This document shows positions 1 through 9,075 of a stretch of 64,000 bases of DNA, one piece after another. Positions within the stretch are counted from its first letter, which is position 1. Every line of letters starts with the position of its first letter. The position numbers and the translations under genes are program-made. A model generated the notes under the pieces. It was not told the DNA's origin, ran no database searches, and saw nothing but the letters and a program-made list of their open reading frames with translations. The DNA comes from a virus, in the IMG/VR virus record IMGVR_UViG_3300005663_001084, positions 24,929 through 88,928 of that record, one strand, 5' to 3'.

Positions 1-530
1 ATGCCCGAACACGCGAACAGTTTGTAGGCTTGTCGGTACATGCGGGTGAACTGGAAGCCTGCCACCTTGCTGATCGCGTAGGGTGATTGGGGATCGAGCG
101 GTGTCTCCTCACTTTGTGGGGCGTCGGTCGAAGCGTTCCCGAACATCTCACTCGTGCCTGCAAAGTAGAAACGACAGTCCGGTGCGAGATGCCGCAAAGC
201 CTCCAACAGATGCAATGTGCCGACGGCGTTGATCTGGAACGTATCGAACGGAGAGTCGAACGACTCCTTGACGAAGCTCTGGGCTCCGAGATGGTAGCAC
301 TCGTCCGGCATCACGTTCCGCACCACGTCGAATACGCTGGCGTAGACCTGCAAATCTCCGCTGTGCAACACCAGATCGTTCGCAATGTGGTGGATGCGAC
401 CTGCCCGATCTGCCGGGTCTTCGACAGCCGCTCTCCTGACGAGCCCGTGAACTTCGTAGCCCTTCTCCAGCAGAAGCTCAGACAGATACGATCCATCCTG
501 CCCCGTGATTCCAGTAATGAATGCTCTCAT
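1..530 (-). CDS. gmd: GDP-mannose 4,6-dehydratase, N-terminal part; the C-terminus lies beyond the window start
   Basis: The reverse-complement translation from ATG 528-530 reads MRAFITGITGQDGSYLSELLLEKGYEVHGLVRR...YHLGAQSFVKESFDSPF...SPYAISKVAGF. This carries the Rossmann GxxGxxG and the Gmd and SDR signature blocks. The plus-strand ORF 87..689 is its antisense. Confidence 0.85.
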   Translation of the reverse strand, partial: MRAFITGITGQDGSYLSELLLEKGYEVHGLVRRAAVEDPADRAGRIHHIANDLVLHSGDLQVYASVFDVVRNVMPDECYHLGAQSFVKESFDSPFDTFQINAVGTLHLLEALRHLAPDCRFYFAGTSEMFGNASTDAPQSEETPLDPQSPYAISKVAGFQFTRMYRQAYKLFACSG

Positions 531-559
531 GGTCGGCCCCAGCCCCTTCGGCCATCCGG

Positions 560-886
560 TCACCCCGGCGGCATGTCGTCCGGCTCTCCAGTGTTTAGAT
601 CGAGGTGCTCGCCTTCGCCCTCATCTGGATACTCGGACAGACCCGCAGTCCCATGGACGCGCAGATCGGTTTCGTGGACCAGCTTGTAGAACTCCGCCCA
701 CATCGACTCCTCGTACTCCTCGGCCGACATGTCGTCAGGCGGAGCGGTCTGAGCCCCGATCTTCTGATTCGGCGTGCCGGTCTTCTCGTCGTGGTAATCC
801 GCGAAGGCACGCAGCGCCTCGCTGAGACCGCCCTCGAAATCGTCGGGCAGTCTGAAGTACAGCATGCCGAAGTGAAGGATCTTCAT
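560..886 (-). CDS. hypothetical acidic protein
   Basis: Internal Met (MKILHFG...) of ORF 560..1066. Its start overlaps the stop of the upstream gene as ATGA at 884-888. Confidence 0.5.
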   Translation of the reverse strand: MKILHFGMLYFRLPDDFEGGLSEALRAFADYHDEKTGTPNQKIGAQTAPPDDMSAEEYEESMWAEFYKLVHETDLRVHGTAGLSEYPDEGEGEHLDLNTGEPDDMPPG

Positions 887-1185
887 CACGCCTTCTCCAG
901 GTTCATCAGCATCTCGATGGCCTCGCTCAGCAGCGACCTCGGGATCGACGTATCTTCCCACCAGCCGTCTGCATCCTCCAGCATCGACACGCCCAGCACA
1001 AAGCCGTTTGGCTCGCCCCGGGTGAGGCAGGGCCTCGGGTAGGTGCCAATAGACAGCAGCGGCCACTCCGCGTCGCTTGGACGGTAGATCCGCTTCTCCA
1101 ACATCTGGTCGAGTGACTTCACCGGCCGGGCCAGGATGTCCAGGTCCTCAACTTTGACGCGGGTCCACTCGATGCTCATACCCAT
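886..1185 (-). CDS. hypothetical protein
   Basis: ORF directly downstream of a class-1 leaderless promoter. The second ATG (MSIEWT) lies 6 nt after the GATAAC -10. Confidence 0.55.
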   Translation of the reverse strand: MGMSIEWTRVKVEDLDILARPVKSLDQMLEKRIYRPSDAEWPLLSIGTYPRPCLTRGEPNGFVLGVSMLEDADGWWEDTSIPRSLLSEAIEMLMNLEKA

Positions 1186-1230
1186 GTTATCGGGACGGAG
1201 GGGCTATTCGGGCAGGTAAATTTACACGGC
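1186..1230 (-). promoter_or_regulatory. class-1 conserved promoter, minus-strand copy
   Basis: The reverse complement reads taCCTGCCcGAATAGCCccTCCgtcCCGATAACatgggtATG. This matches the window-wide consensus. Confidence 0.6.
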
Positions 1231-1737
1231 GGCTTTTCTACCTCGCTTTCGCTTGGCCTTGATACGGTCGATGGCGTCGAAAACGATCCGAAGCTCATCG
1301 AGGTGCTTCCAGCGTTCGCGCCACTGCTCGGCCTCCTGCAACGCAATTGCCAACAGGTTCGCGCGCCGATCCGCGTCGCTGAGGATCTCCACGGTGGGAA
1401 AGTACGCCCCGCCCTGGGACGTGGGATTCTCCGTGTAGAACGCGCGCACGACTGTGGGCTCCTGCTTCCCCATGGGCTTGCGGTAGATCGTGACTTCGAT
1501 GTTCCGGATGAGGAGCCGCGCCTGCTCCAAGCGATGATCGTTGGCTGCGCTATGATTATCCCAAGTGAAGAAACTGTGCATCGGACTCTTCTTCGCGTGT
1601 GCTCGTCGCAGAACCTCCTCGGGGAGAATCCCGCCCTCGTCTTTCCGGATGGTTTCGAGTTCCTGACCGATGTCGTTGGCCAGCGCTTTCTGTACCTTCG
1701 TGTACCGAGATCCCTTTTTGAAATTGTACTTCGCCAT
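1222..1737 (-). CDS. hypothetical protein
   Basis: ORF 1222..1794. The internal start MAKYNFKK is preceded by GGAGG 6 nt upstream. Confidence 0.55.
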   Translation of the reverse strand: MAKYNFKKGSRYTKVQKALANDIGQELETIRKDEGGILPEEVLRRAHAKKSPMHSFFTWDNHSAANDHRLEQARLLIRNIEVTIYRKPMGKQEPTVVRAFYTENPTSQGGAYFPTVEILSDADRRANLLAIALQEAEQWRERWKHLDELRIVFDAIDRIKAKRKRGRKAAV

Positions 1738-1802
1738 GATGACCTCCAGGAAAAAGTTGGAGGGAGGACCCCTCCATGGAGCCCTCCCTCGCAACCAAGA
1801 AA

Positions 1803-2123
1803 CTACCCAGCCGCAGCGCTGTGCGACTTACGTGTCTTGCCGCCGCTGGCGACCTGGAAGCCGCCCCACGTGCCGCCCTTCTCCGTACGCCATTCGCCGA
1901 GGCCGACGGAGATACCCGCTTCCGCCAGCAAGTTCACGATGGTCGTCTCGTCGATACGATCCGCGTTGAACAGGATCGACACATTGGTCTTCCATCCCGC
2001 AGGGAACTCCCCTCGGTAGCGAAGATCCATTGGACGTGCCGGGCCTACCGATCCATGCCTAACTGCCACTTCTGTCAAACCAACCCTCAACGCTGGAGAC
2101 ACAGCGCTGCCTACCCAACCCAA
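1803..2123 (-). CDS. hypothetical protein
   Basis: ORF in the same orientation as its neighbours; no recognisable motif. Confidence 0.3.
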   Translation of the reverse strand: MGWVGSAVSPALRVGLTEVAVRHGSVGPARPMDLRYRGEFPAGWKTNVSILFNADRIDETTIVNLLAEAGISVGLGEWRTEKGGTWGGFQVASGGKTRKSHSAAAG

Positions 2124-2130
2124 ATTCAGA

Positions 2131-2622
2131 TCATTCCCCTTCCGGCGGAATAATGGCGGCTATCAACATCTCTCCAAGTTTTGGCCAGTACTCCTTAAAT
2201 TTGGAGCCGCCTTTGATATACGTTATCCTGTAGCCACTATCCTCAGCCGAGTTCGTAGGCCCATTTTTAATGGCGACCCACCCATGCGCCTCCCAGCACT
2301 TCAACACCTCGACACGCTGCAAAGTTCGCAACTCAAACTCCGCCACGGCCAACTGATTGTGGCTGAAGTAGCAGTCGTTATCTTCGCGCCACAGGCAAGT
2401 TCGTTTGATGACGTCCAGGATGACGTTCTCTCTCAGCATTCCAACCAAGAGAGGCATTGCCATAAGACTGGTCAGGATATCGATCTGCTGCTGCTTGTCT
2501 GTTGTGAATTTGTGCTCCGCCAAGATATCCAACACAGCGCGAGTCAGACTCAACGCAGCGAGCCGACGCGTAGAGCCGCTGTTCAGAGGGACCTTGGTAA
2601 CCGTGATACTGTCTCTACCCAT
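2131..2622 (-). CDS. hypothetical protein; paralog of 9076..9558
   Basis: Start MGRDSITV lies directly after a class-1-like promoter. The C-terminal half aligns with 9076..9558: CWEAHGWV and YWESKGWV, and YWPKLGEML and YWPKLLEML. Confidence 0.6.
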   Translation of the reverse strand: MGRDSITVTKVPLNSGSTRRLAALSLTRAVLDILAEHKFTTDKQQQIDILTSLMAMPLLVGMLRENVILDVIKRTCLWREDNDCYFSHNQLAVAEFELRTLQRVEVLKCWEAHGWVAIKNGPTNSAEDSGYRITYIKGGSKFKEYWPKLGEMLIAAIIPPEGE

Positions 2623-2665
2623 AATAATATCATCGGATTGGCCGAGCATCCTGCTCAGACCAAAT
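2623..2665 (-). promoter_or_regulatory. class-1-like leaderless promoter
   Basis: The reverse complement reads ggCCAATCCGATGATattattATG. The -10 and spacer are conserved; the upstream part has diverged. Confidence 0.5.
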
Positions 2666-2699
2666 CCGAAAAATATTTGGAGACCGCTGAATTTTAGGA

Positions 2700-3092
2700 T
2701 CAGCGCAACCTGCGCCCGGTGCCGCCACGGTCCAGTTCTCCCCAGGGGAAGTACCAGATCTCGAAGTCGTCCGGGAGGTGCTCCGCCAGCCGCTTCGCGA
2801 CGTGATTTGCCTTCCGGGCGGCCATACGCTGCTCGAAAGCCCACGGCGTGAGGCTGGCCATGCGCTTCGTAACGTCGATGCGCCCGGCAAACTGCGGGGG
2901 TCCTTCCATGCCAACGTCGAGGTGGTAGGTGTCCGGATCGACACCTTCCTGGCTGGCGAAGCTGAACTGACCATCTGACCACTTCCAGGCGTCGAAGTCC
3001 TTGGAGCCGCTGCGGTAGTGGCCGATGTCGGTGTAGTGCTGAGGAGCGGCCTCGCAGAGCAGCTTACGGATGACTTGGCGGGTGGAGTCCAT
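2700..3092 (-). CDS. L-family protein 1; shares its C-terminal domain with 3092..4057
   Basis: N-terminus MDSTRQVIRKLLCEAA. ATGA-coupled to the upstream gene. Confidence 0.7.
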   Translation of the reverse strand: MDSTRQVIRKLLCEAAPQHYTDIGHYRSGSKDFDAWKWSDGQFSFASQEGVDPDTYHLDVGMEGPPQFAGRIDVTKRMASLTPWAFEQRMAARKANHVAKRLAEHLPDDFEIWYFPWGELDRGGTGRRLR

Positions 3093-4057
3093 CAGTACAT
3101 TCTCTGCCCAGGCCTGCCGCGTTGCTGCCCGCTGAAGTACCAGACCGCCTCGACCTCGGGGAACCGGTCGACGAGCCGCTTCACGACGACCTTCGCTTTC
3201 CGTGCAGCGATGGGATTGTCGAGCAGGTCCCAGGCCGTGATGCTGGCCTCGCGCCGCTGAGGGTCGTAGCGTCCGCCGAAGTCAGGAGCGCCCTGAGTGT
3301 CGTAAATCAGGTTGTGGAACTTGTTCGGATCGACGCCTTCATCGCTGGCAACGCGCAGCCGACCTTCGTCCCAGATCCACGCGTCGGTACCTTCGCCGTG
3401 GCCGACGGTGAGGTAGTTGGCGGGGGCTTCGTCCAGGACCGCCTCGGCCCGGACCAGGGATTTGTCCTGGATCTCGTAGCCCTCAACGGCACCGACGTTC
3501 GCATAGTCGAAGCCTTGCAGGACCGCAACTTTCTGTTCGGCGAACCGACCGTGGACGATGTAGTAGGCAGCCTGCCCAACGACCTCGGTGAACAGCGCAG
3601 GCCGGGCTTCCACGGTAGCCAGCTTGGCGTGCGTGTTGTACGCGGCGAGTTCCCCACGGAGTGTGAACGGCTGACCGCGGGCGATGTGCGTGAAGTAATC
3701 GTGGACGGTCCGGAATAGCAGATTGTCCTCGACGCTGAAGACCGGGTGCTCAGAATCTCCGCTGTAGATTTTTAGAACGCCTGTCTCGCGGAAGTCCCGC
3801 TGCATTTCTTCAGACGACTCGTACGGGTCCTCGTCCGTGTACTCGACACGGGACCGGCCCAGGAACCGGCGAAACAGAATTTTGTTGCTGCTGTTGAGCG
3901 CCTCCCAGTGGCGGGCCGCGTCCGGGTCGTAACTGGGAGCCTCCTCGTAGGCGTCAGCGACGAGCCGCGCGTACTCGTTAAAATCTTTAAGTTCGAGCTT
4001 CTCGCGCACGTCCGCTTCGAGAAGCAGCTTCCGGATGGCTGTGCGGGTAGCGTCCAT
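3092..4057 (-). CDS. L-family protein 2 (321 aa)
   Basis: N-terminus MDATRTAIRKLLLEAD. The C-terminal approximately 110 aa are homologous to protein 1 (EGVDP..., AARKA..KRL...WYF). Confidence 0.7.
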   Translation of the reverse strand: MDATRTAIRKLLLEADVREKLELKDFNEYARLVADAYEEAPSYDPDAARHWEALNSSNKILFRRFLGRSRVEYTDEDPYESSEEMQRDFRETGVLKIYSGDSEHPVFSVEDNLLFRTVHDYFTHIARGQPFTLRGELAAYNTHAKLATVEARPALFTEVVGQAAYYIVHGRFAEQKVAVLQGFDYANVGAVEGYEIQDKSLVRAEAVLDEAPANYLTVGHGEGTDAWIWDEGRLRVASDEGVDPNKFHNLIYDTQGAPDFGGRYDPQRREASITAWDLLDNPIAARKAKVVVKRLVDRFPEVEAVWYFSGQQRGRPGQRMY

Positions 4058-4431
4058 CAGATCTTCACGTCCTTCCGCAACGAAATGTGGACACCGGGGT
4101 TGATCTCGTCCAGCTTCAACCTGAGCTTGATGACCTCGACCTGATGCGGCCTGAGATTACGATCCCGCGCGGCGTAGAACGCGGCGTCCTTCGGGCTGTC
4201 AGCAACATACGTACCTGCCCGCAGAACGTCGTAATCACTGCGCTTCGGACGACCGTGATACAGTTCGACGGTCCCATCGAGCAGGATCGGGATGCCGTGG
4301 CGCTCCAGGTACTCGCCTACGGTTTCCTTGCCGAGAACCGGGTGGTCGAGCCAGACGCGGTTCAGACCCCCCTCGTCGTCGGCATCAGCCTCGTAGAGGA
4401 TCTTCCGGATGGCTTGGCGGGTGGCGTCCAT
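4057..4431 (-). CDS. L-family protein 3; possible H-Y-E ADP-ribosyltransferase- or Tpt1-like fold
   Basis: N-terminus MDATRQAIRKILYEAD. Motifs LYHGRP, GTYVADS and VEV. Confidence 0.65.
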   Translation of the reverse strand: MDATRQAIRKILYEADADDEGGLNRVWLDHPVLGKETVGEYLERHGIPILLDGTVELYHGRPKRSDYDVLRAGTYVADSPKDAAFYAARDRNLRPHQVEVIKLRLKLDEINPGVHISLRKDVKI

Positions 4432-4907
4432 CAGCGGCCCTCGATCTTGTCCGCGACGTTCACCATCTGCGAGAGCATGTTCCGGTAGCCGCCGCCGTGT
4501 TCGATGTTGGGGACGTCCGCGCTGTGAACCGCATCGATCTCGGTCTCACCGCGCTGAAGCGCCTCAATCGCCCGGTGGTGACCGTCCAGTATGAACCAGG
4601 CAGCGCGCTTTTCGAGCTTGCTGACCAGGAGCGGACTCTTAGCAGCATGGTAGGATAACTCCCCTTTCTCGATTTCACTGAAGGTTTTATCAATCTTCGG
4701 TTCCCAGGCGTACAGGCTGCGCAGCCGGACGCGCCAGGGTTTTCCCTTGATCGCGGCCTCAGCCAACAGACGCTTCACAAGATCGGGTGGGTAGCCCCGG
4801 TCAGAGCAGCCAGGAGGGGGTGCGGAGATCGAGCCGTCGCCGACCTGTTGGAAGACGCCGCGACCCTCGTTGAGGATGGAGCGAATGGCTTTGCGGGTGG
4901 GGTCCAT
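4431..4907 (-). CDS. L-family protein 4 with ParB/DGQHR-like nuclease domain
   Basis: N-terminus MDPTRKAIRSILNEG. Motif WFILDGHHRAIEALQRG, which is the ParB/Srx-type DGxHR signature. Confidence 0.7.
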   Translation of the reverse strand: MDPTRKAIRSILNEGRGVFQQVGDGSISAPPPGCSDRGYPPDLVKRLLAEAAIKGKPWRVRLRSLYAWEPKIDKTFSEIEKGELSYHAAKSPLLVSKLEKRAAWFILDGHHRAIEALQRGETEIDAVHSADVPNIEHGGGYRNMLSQMVNVADKIEGR

Positions 4908-4976
4908 CAGTCGTTTAGCATCCGCCGGGATTGTCCTCGTGGAATGAACTCGTCAGGTCGGCGTAGTGCATCGCAG

Positions 4977-5414
4977 TCAGTCTTCCTTGCCACCGCATAC
5001 GAGGGCGTTGTAGGTCAGCGCCACAGTCAGCAGGTTGTTGTGCTCGTAGGACAGCTTGGGGATCTCCAGCGACCGGAGGGTCATCTGCGGCTCGCCGTCG
5101 ATGTAGAGCATCCATCGGCCGGTGCGCACCGGCTCCCAGTCCGGGGAGTCCGGGCTGGTCTCGATGAGGTCGTTGCCGTCCCGGTCGAGGAACTTCAGCA
5201 CCATCTCGGGGACACGGCTCAGCAGGATCTGCCGGAACGAGACGGGCACCTCGAAGGCGACCCCCTCGTCGCGCATGTACTGGAGGACTTTCTCAGTGGC
5301 CTCTTCACCGATCCGGTCAGCGAGGTTCTGCGCCCACGGGTGGTCCATGGTCATCAGGTCGTAGGGCGCAGCGTCGAGGATCTGGAAGACGTTGCTGGGC
5401 TTCGGGAAGGGCAT
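4977..5414 (-). CDS. hypothetical protein
   Basis: ORF. Upstream sequence is TTGGCC-N18-TATACT followed by an AGGAGA ribosome-binding site. Confidence 0.5.
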   Translation of the reverse strand: MPFPKPSNVFQILDAAPYDLMTMDHPWAQNLADRIGEEATEKVLQYMRDEGVAFEVPVSFRQILLSRVPEMVLKFLDRDGNDLIETSPDSPDWEPVRTGRWMLYIDGEPQMTLRSLEIPKLSYEHNNLLTVALTYNALVCGGKED

Positions 5415-5480
5415 GGCAGGTCTCCTGGTAGGTGGCAGATAGTATACCCGACCACCGGACAGGAGGCCAACAGTCAGATA

Positions 5481-6059
5481 TCAGGTCCCGATCTGGTCGG
5501 CGTCCACGTACTTGACCTGCTGTCCGCAGCCGATGCAACGGTCGAGCATCTCGATCCGTCCGTCGTCATCCCGGCGGAGCAGCAGTGTGCCCACCACGCA
5601 GAACGGACACTCCCGCGAGAACGAGTCTGCCCGCACCGGCTCCAGGTCAGCGTAGTAGATCCGGAGGATAGGCTTCTCGATGTTACTTGGCTTCGTCGGC
5701 TCAAGTTTCGTCGAAATCAGCACCCGGCTGTAATAGTCGCCCCGGAACCCCTCAGAGTCGAAACGGGTCCGCTTGGGATCGATAGCATCCGTCGGGTCCA
5801 TGTAACCCACCCGAGCGCCTGCGTCCTCCAGATGACCGCCGATGATACGAGCCAAGGTGGTCTTCCCGCAGCCGAGGATACCGCTCAAGGAGATCTCGAC
5901 CATGCCGTGGCCTTCGACGTTGCAATCTTTCACGAGCGCATCCACCTTCTCGGCCATCTCCGGAGAGAAGACCTCGTTCCCACGAACAGTGCTCTCCAGG
6001 ATCTCGTCCTGCGCGCCGTACACGCGGTCTACCAGCTTCTTCCTGTGATCGTCGTCCAT
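5481..6059 (-). CDS. P-loop NTPase, possibly (d)NMP-kinase-like, with C-terminal zinc ribbon
   Basis: Walker A GILGCGKTTLARIIG. C-terminal CPFC...CIGCG. Confidence 0.55.
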   Translation of the reverse strand: MDDDHRKKLVDRVYGAQDEILESTVRGNEVFSPEMAEKVDALVKDCNVEGHGMVEISLSGILGCGKTTLARIIGGHLEDAGARVGYMDPTDAIDPKRTRFDSEGFRGDYYSRVLISTKLEPTKPSNIEKPILRIYYADLEPVRADSFSRECPFCVVGTLLLRRDDDGRIEMLDRCIGCGQQVKYVDADQIGT

Positions 6060-6103
6060 CGCTACTCCAAGTTGATCGGATCTTCAAGGTCATTCATAGT
6101 CAG

Positions 6104-6592
6104 TTACTCCTCAAGAATCTCCGGGTCGTCCAGAACCAAGCCGACGGCGACCCCGGCGGCCAGCCCCCACTTGAACTCGTCCATAAACTCAGGCATCTCA
6201 GCGTCACGCGCGAGAAGATCCGTCTGCGGGTACACCGCTTCAAGCGCATCGAACATCCGGATCATCGCCAAACTTTGCTTGGCGTCCGGCCCGTACAGCC
6301 CGATCCCGTTGAGGCTAAGGCGAACCATGTCGAGCGCAGCTTCGATGATGTGGGTAGTCGCCCTGTCCCCGTACTGCTCACGGAATGCCTGCATCGCCTT
6401 CTCAGCGACCTGGATTACCATCTTCTTCCCGCTGGTCAAGGTGACGATCCGGCACGTGGACGGCAGGACTAAGTTCCCGTCAGCGTCAAAAGATGACTGG
6501 TTGAGCTTGCAATCCCACAGAGCGATGATCCGCTCGAAGTCCTTCAGCGTGAAAGTGAGGGGGTTAGTGGTATCAGCCGCTGTACCGCTCAT
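6104..6592 (-). CDS. hypothetical protein
   Basis: ORF, ATGA-coupled to its downstream gene. Confidence 0.5.
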   Translation of the reverse strand: MSGTAADTTNPLTFTLKDFERIIALWDCKLNQSSFDADGNLVLPSTCRIVTLTSGKKMVIQVAEKAMQAFREQYGDRATTHIIEAALDMVRLSLNGIGLYGPDAKQSLAMIRMFDALEAVYPQTDLLARDAEMPEFMDEFKWGLAAGVAVGLVLDDPEILEE

Positions 6593-6771
6593 CGGGGTGT
6601 CTCCTTCTTCCTCAACGCCAGCATACCGCCCGTCGACGAGAGCAGAATCAGCATCGACGCTCCAAAGCCTGTGAGCAAGTGACTCTCCAACGACTGGCCC
6701 GTGGCTCCCAGGTACAGGAAGAACACGGCCATGAGCGTCAGCATGGTGACGTTAATTTTGACCAGCAGCAT
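6589..6771 (-). CDS. small membrane protein (60 aa)
   Basis: Internal start MLLVKINVTMLTLMAVFFLYLG, which is hydrophobic. Confidence 0.4.
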   Translation of the reverse strand: MLLVKINVTMLTLMAVFFLYLGATGQSLESHLLTGFGASMLILLSSTGGMLALRKKETPR

Positions 6772-7022
6772 CACGCCTCCAGTGGAATCGCCGGGACCCA
6801 GGCCCCATGACGGTGAGCCTCGGTATGGGAGCCGTCCGACTTGGCCAGACGCTTCTCCCAGACCCGGATGGTGCGCTCCAGCAGCTTCTTGCCGCCCGCG
6901 TCCCATTGCCGGAGGCAGTCGACGGCACAGACGACCCCGCGCTCGTCGCCTTTGTACTCAGCGATCTTTTGGGCAAGATCAGCGATGGCGGCAGCCGGGT
7001 TTTTACCGAAACAGATTCTCAT
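6771..7022 (-). CDS. hypothetical protein
   Basis: ORF with stop-start overlap to its neighbours. Confidence 0.45.
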   Translation of the reverse strand: MRICFGKNPAAAIADLAQKIAEYKGDERGVVCAVDCLRQWDAGGKKLLERTIRVWEKRLAKSDGSHTEAHRHGAWVPAIPLEA

Positions 7023-7234
7023 CAGTCCTTCTCCATGTGCTCGCGGACACTCAGTTCTTCTTTAAGCACGTCGTAGTGATCCTGCCACGTGGACGAGTCC
7101 TTCGTGAGAAGCTGCGCGGTGTCCACAGGGTTGTCCCAACTGGGATTCTCCCGGCACGCAAGCAGCCGTTTGCGATAGGCCAGCAGGCGAGGCGTAGTGA
7201 GTTTTTTGAGTTCGTCAGCCGTGAGGAGCTTCAT
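7022..7234 (-). CDS. hypothetical protein
   Basis: Internal start MKLLTADELKK, ATGA-coupled. Confidence 0.4.
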   Translation of the reverse strand: MKLLTADELKKLTTPRLLAYRKRLLACRENPSWDNPVDTAQLLTKDSSTWQDHYDVLKEELSVREHMEKD

Positions 7235-7728
7235 CAGAGCCCCACATCCAGGGCTTCCTGATGCCGACAGTGATAACAAGTCGAAACCTGCGGATACTGC
7301 GTCCAGTGATGGTCTTTATGCCACTCGCGCGGGACGCCCTCCATGCCGCACAACGCCTTACCGTGGTAGAGGATGTGGACGATCAGGAACGAACGGGGCT
7401 TGGATGTCAAACCGTGCATGCGGGTGGCCGTCTCCAGGTCGTCGGCGAACGGCTGAACCAAGCGGTAGCCCACCGACTCACCGCCGCCGGACTGCGTCCC
7501 GTCGAGGGCAATCTTGAATATCACAGCGGAAGCGCCATGAGATTGGACCCGGATCAGGCCCCGGAGGCTCCTTTCACGGTCGTAGGTCGTCATCTCCATG
7601 TCGCCGTCGGGCATCGGGTCGTCGGTGAACGGGATCTCGGCGCGGGCCTGCTCGCAGGCCGCAACAAGCTCGCGGAGGGTCGTCTCGGTGAGAAGAACCC
7701 GGGCGGCGTTGATTTGGATCTCAGACAT
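7234..7728 (-). CDS. hypothetical protein
   Basis: ORF, coupled to its neighbours. Confidence 0.5.
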   Translation of the reverse strand: MSEIQINAARVLLTETTLRELVAACEQARAEIPFTDDPMPDGDMEMTTYDRERSLRGLIRVQSHGASAVIFKIALDGTQSGGGESVGYRLVQPFADDLETATRMHGLTSKPRSFLIVHILYHGKALCGMEGVPREWHKDHHWTQYPQVSTCYHCRHQEALDVGL

Positions 7729-7970
7729 CAGGCATCCCTATCCAGGTCGACCGCGTCAGCTTCCAGGTACCGCTTAGCGAAGTCGATGACCTCCAGAGTC
7801 GTGTTGAACACGAAGCGCTCAGTCGTCGCTTCCTTGCGGATCTTCTCGTCGAACCCGCGAGTTTTCTTGAGCACCTTGATATCCACGGTGAAGCCATTCT
7901 CCACGCGCTTGATCTTGATCTCCCGGTGGGAGGGAGGACCGACCTCAGGCATTATGCTAGCATTGGCCAT
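7728..7970 (-). CDS. hypothetical protein
   Basis: Internal start MANASIMPEV. Confidence 0.4.
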   Translation of the reverse strand: MANASIMPEVGPPSHREIKIKRVENGFTVDIKVLKKTRGFDEKIRKEATTERFVFNTTLEVIDFAKRYLEADAVDLDRDA

Positions 7971-8233
7971 CAGGAGTTCTCCTCGATCTCGGCAATGCGC
8001 TCCCAGACCCAGTCGGCGTGACAATGATGGGTCGTGTGCGGTCCGGTCACGTGGTAGCGCCGCCCATGCTCATGGATCTTCTGGCCCGGCTCTCGCCCTT
8101 TGGCCTCCCGGCACCGCTTACACAGGCGGGCGGCGGTACGCTTCAGTTCATCAATCCGAACCCGCGTCTCAAGCAACCTGTCCCGCTCCGCTTGGTTCGC
8201 CTCGTCTTGTTCTGCGCGCAGGTCAACCACCAT
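7970..8233 (-). CDS. hypothetical basic protein
   Basis: ORF with a CxxC...HHCH motif. Confidence 0.45.
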   Translation of the reverse strand: MVVDLRAEQDEANQAERDRLLETRVRIDELKRTAARLCKRCREAKGREPGQKIHEHGRRYHVTGPHTTHHCHADWVWERIAEIEENS

Positions 8234-8829
8234 CAGGATTCCTTATTTTTCTCGTGCACCACTCTGGCGATGGCAATCGGGCATTCGTCGTCGTGTTCCA
8301 ACTCCTCAGGGTTCACAGACCGGTTGTTGCAGAACTTGCAGGACCAGCCCCGGACCATTGACTCGATACCCTTGGGGTCCAACTCCAGCCAATCGATATC
8401 CGCACTGCCCTTGAGATCGACAAAGACACCTTCGTACCTCGCGGCCACGTCGAACAGGTTGCTGCACTCCAGGGACATGTGATCCAGGGCGCGAAGGATC
8501 TGGTCCCGGACGATCCGCTCGATCTGCGGGCCGTCGTCCACGTCCACGTCGTTATCTTCGACGAGACCCCTGATCTCACGAGACGCTTCCTCGACGCAAG
8601 CCTGGACAACGACGTCCCGCTCGGTCAGAGTCCGGACACGCGTCACACGTTCGAGCAGTTCGGCGTACTCAGGGATCGCGCTATGTGCGGGCGGCAGCCG
8701 CATCACCACTTCGCGCAGGGGCGTCTCTCGTGGCTTGACCTCGGACCCCGGTGTGACAACGGGTTTCTTGGTCGTGGAGAACACGATGTGTTCGTAATCA
8801 TCGACCCCTTTGAATTCGTCAGGCATCAA
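8233..8829 (-). CDS. hypothetical protein
   Basis: ORF with C-terminal CKFC...ECP cysteines. Confidence 0.5.
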   Translation of the reverse strand: MMPDEFKGVDDYEHIVFSTTKKPVVTPGSEVKPRETPLREVVMRLPPAHSAIPEYAELLERVTRVRTLTERDVVVQACVEEASREIRGLVEDNDVDVDDGPQIERIVRDQILRALDHMSLECSNLFDVAARYEGVFVDLKGSADIDWLELDPKGIESMVRGWSCKFCNNRSVNPEELEHDDECPIAIARVVHEKNKES

Positions 8830-9041
8830 TCAGGCCTCCTGGACCCCTGACCGAAGCCCTTCTCCGGCTCGGCCCCTTCCGCGTGGAAAGTGTGGTCCTG
8901 GCGAATCGCGGCAGGCAGGACCACGGTGGAGAGCCACTTGATGGCGTCTGCGACCGCGCGAGCGTGGCCATGGTCCATGGCCGAGAACGTCTCCTTGCGC
9001 TGCGGAAAGCTGCCCATTGTCTCGATTTTGATCAGACCCAT
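8826..9041 (-). CDS. hypothetical protein
   Basis: ORF coupled to 8233..8829. Confidence 0.4.
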   Translation of the reverse strand: MGLIKIETMGSFPQRKETFSAMDHGHARAVADAIKWLSTVVLPAAIRQDHTFHAEGAEPEKGFGQGSRRPD

Positions 9042-9075
9042 CGCAGTTCCTCTTCGGCCTCGAACTCCACGTCAA

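Noticed and set aside
87-689. 200-aa plus-strand ORF
   Set aside because: It is the antisense of the gmd gene. The minus-strand translation gives a textbook Gmd N-terminus, whereas the plus-strand frame is low-complexity.
4848-6674. 608-aa plus-strand ORF
   Set aside because: Antisense ORF spanning several minus-strand genes (P-loop NTPase and others). This is typical of stop-poor antisense frames in high-GC DNA. It has no ribosome-binding site, and its Arg, Ser and Pro-rich composition looks like junk.
7261-8361. 366-aa plus-strand ORF
   Set aside because: Antisense to the coupled minus-strand genes 7234..8233. The composition is not protein-like.
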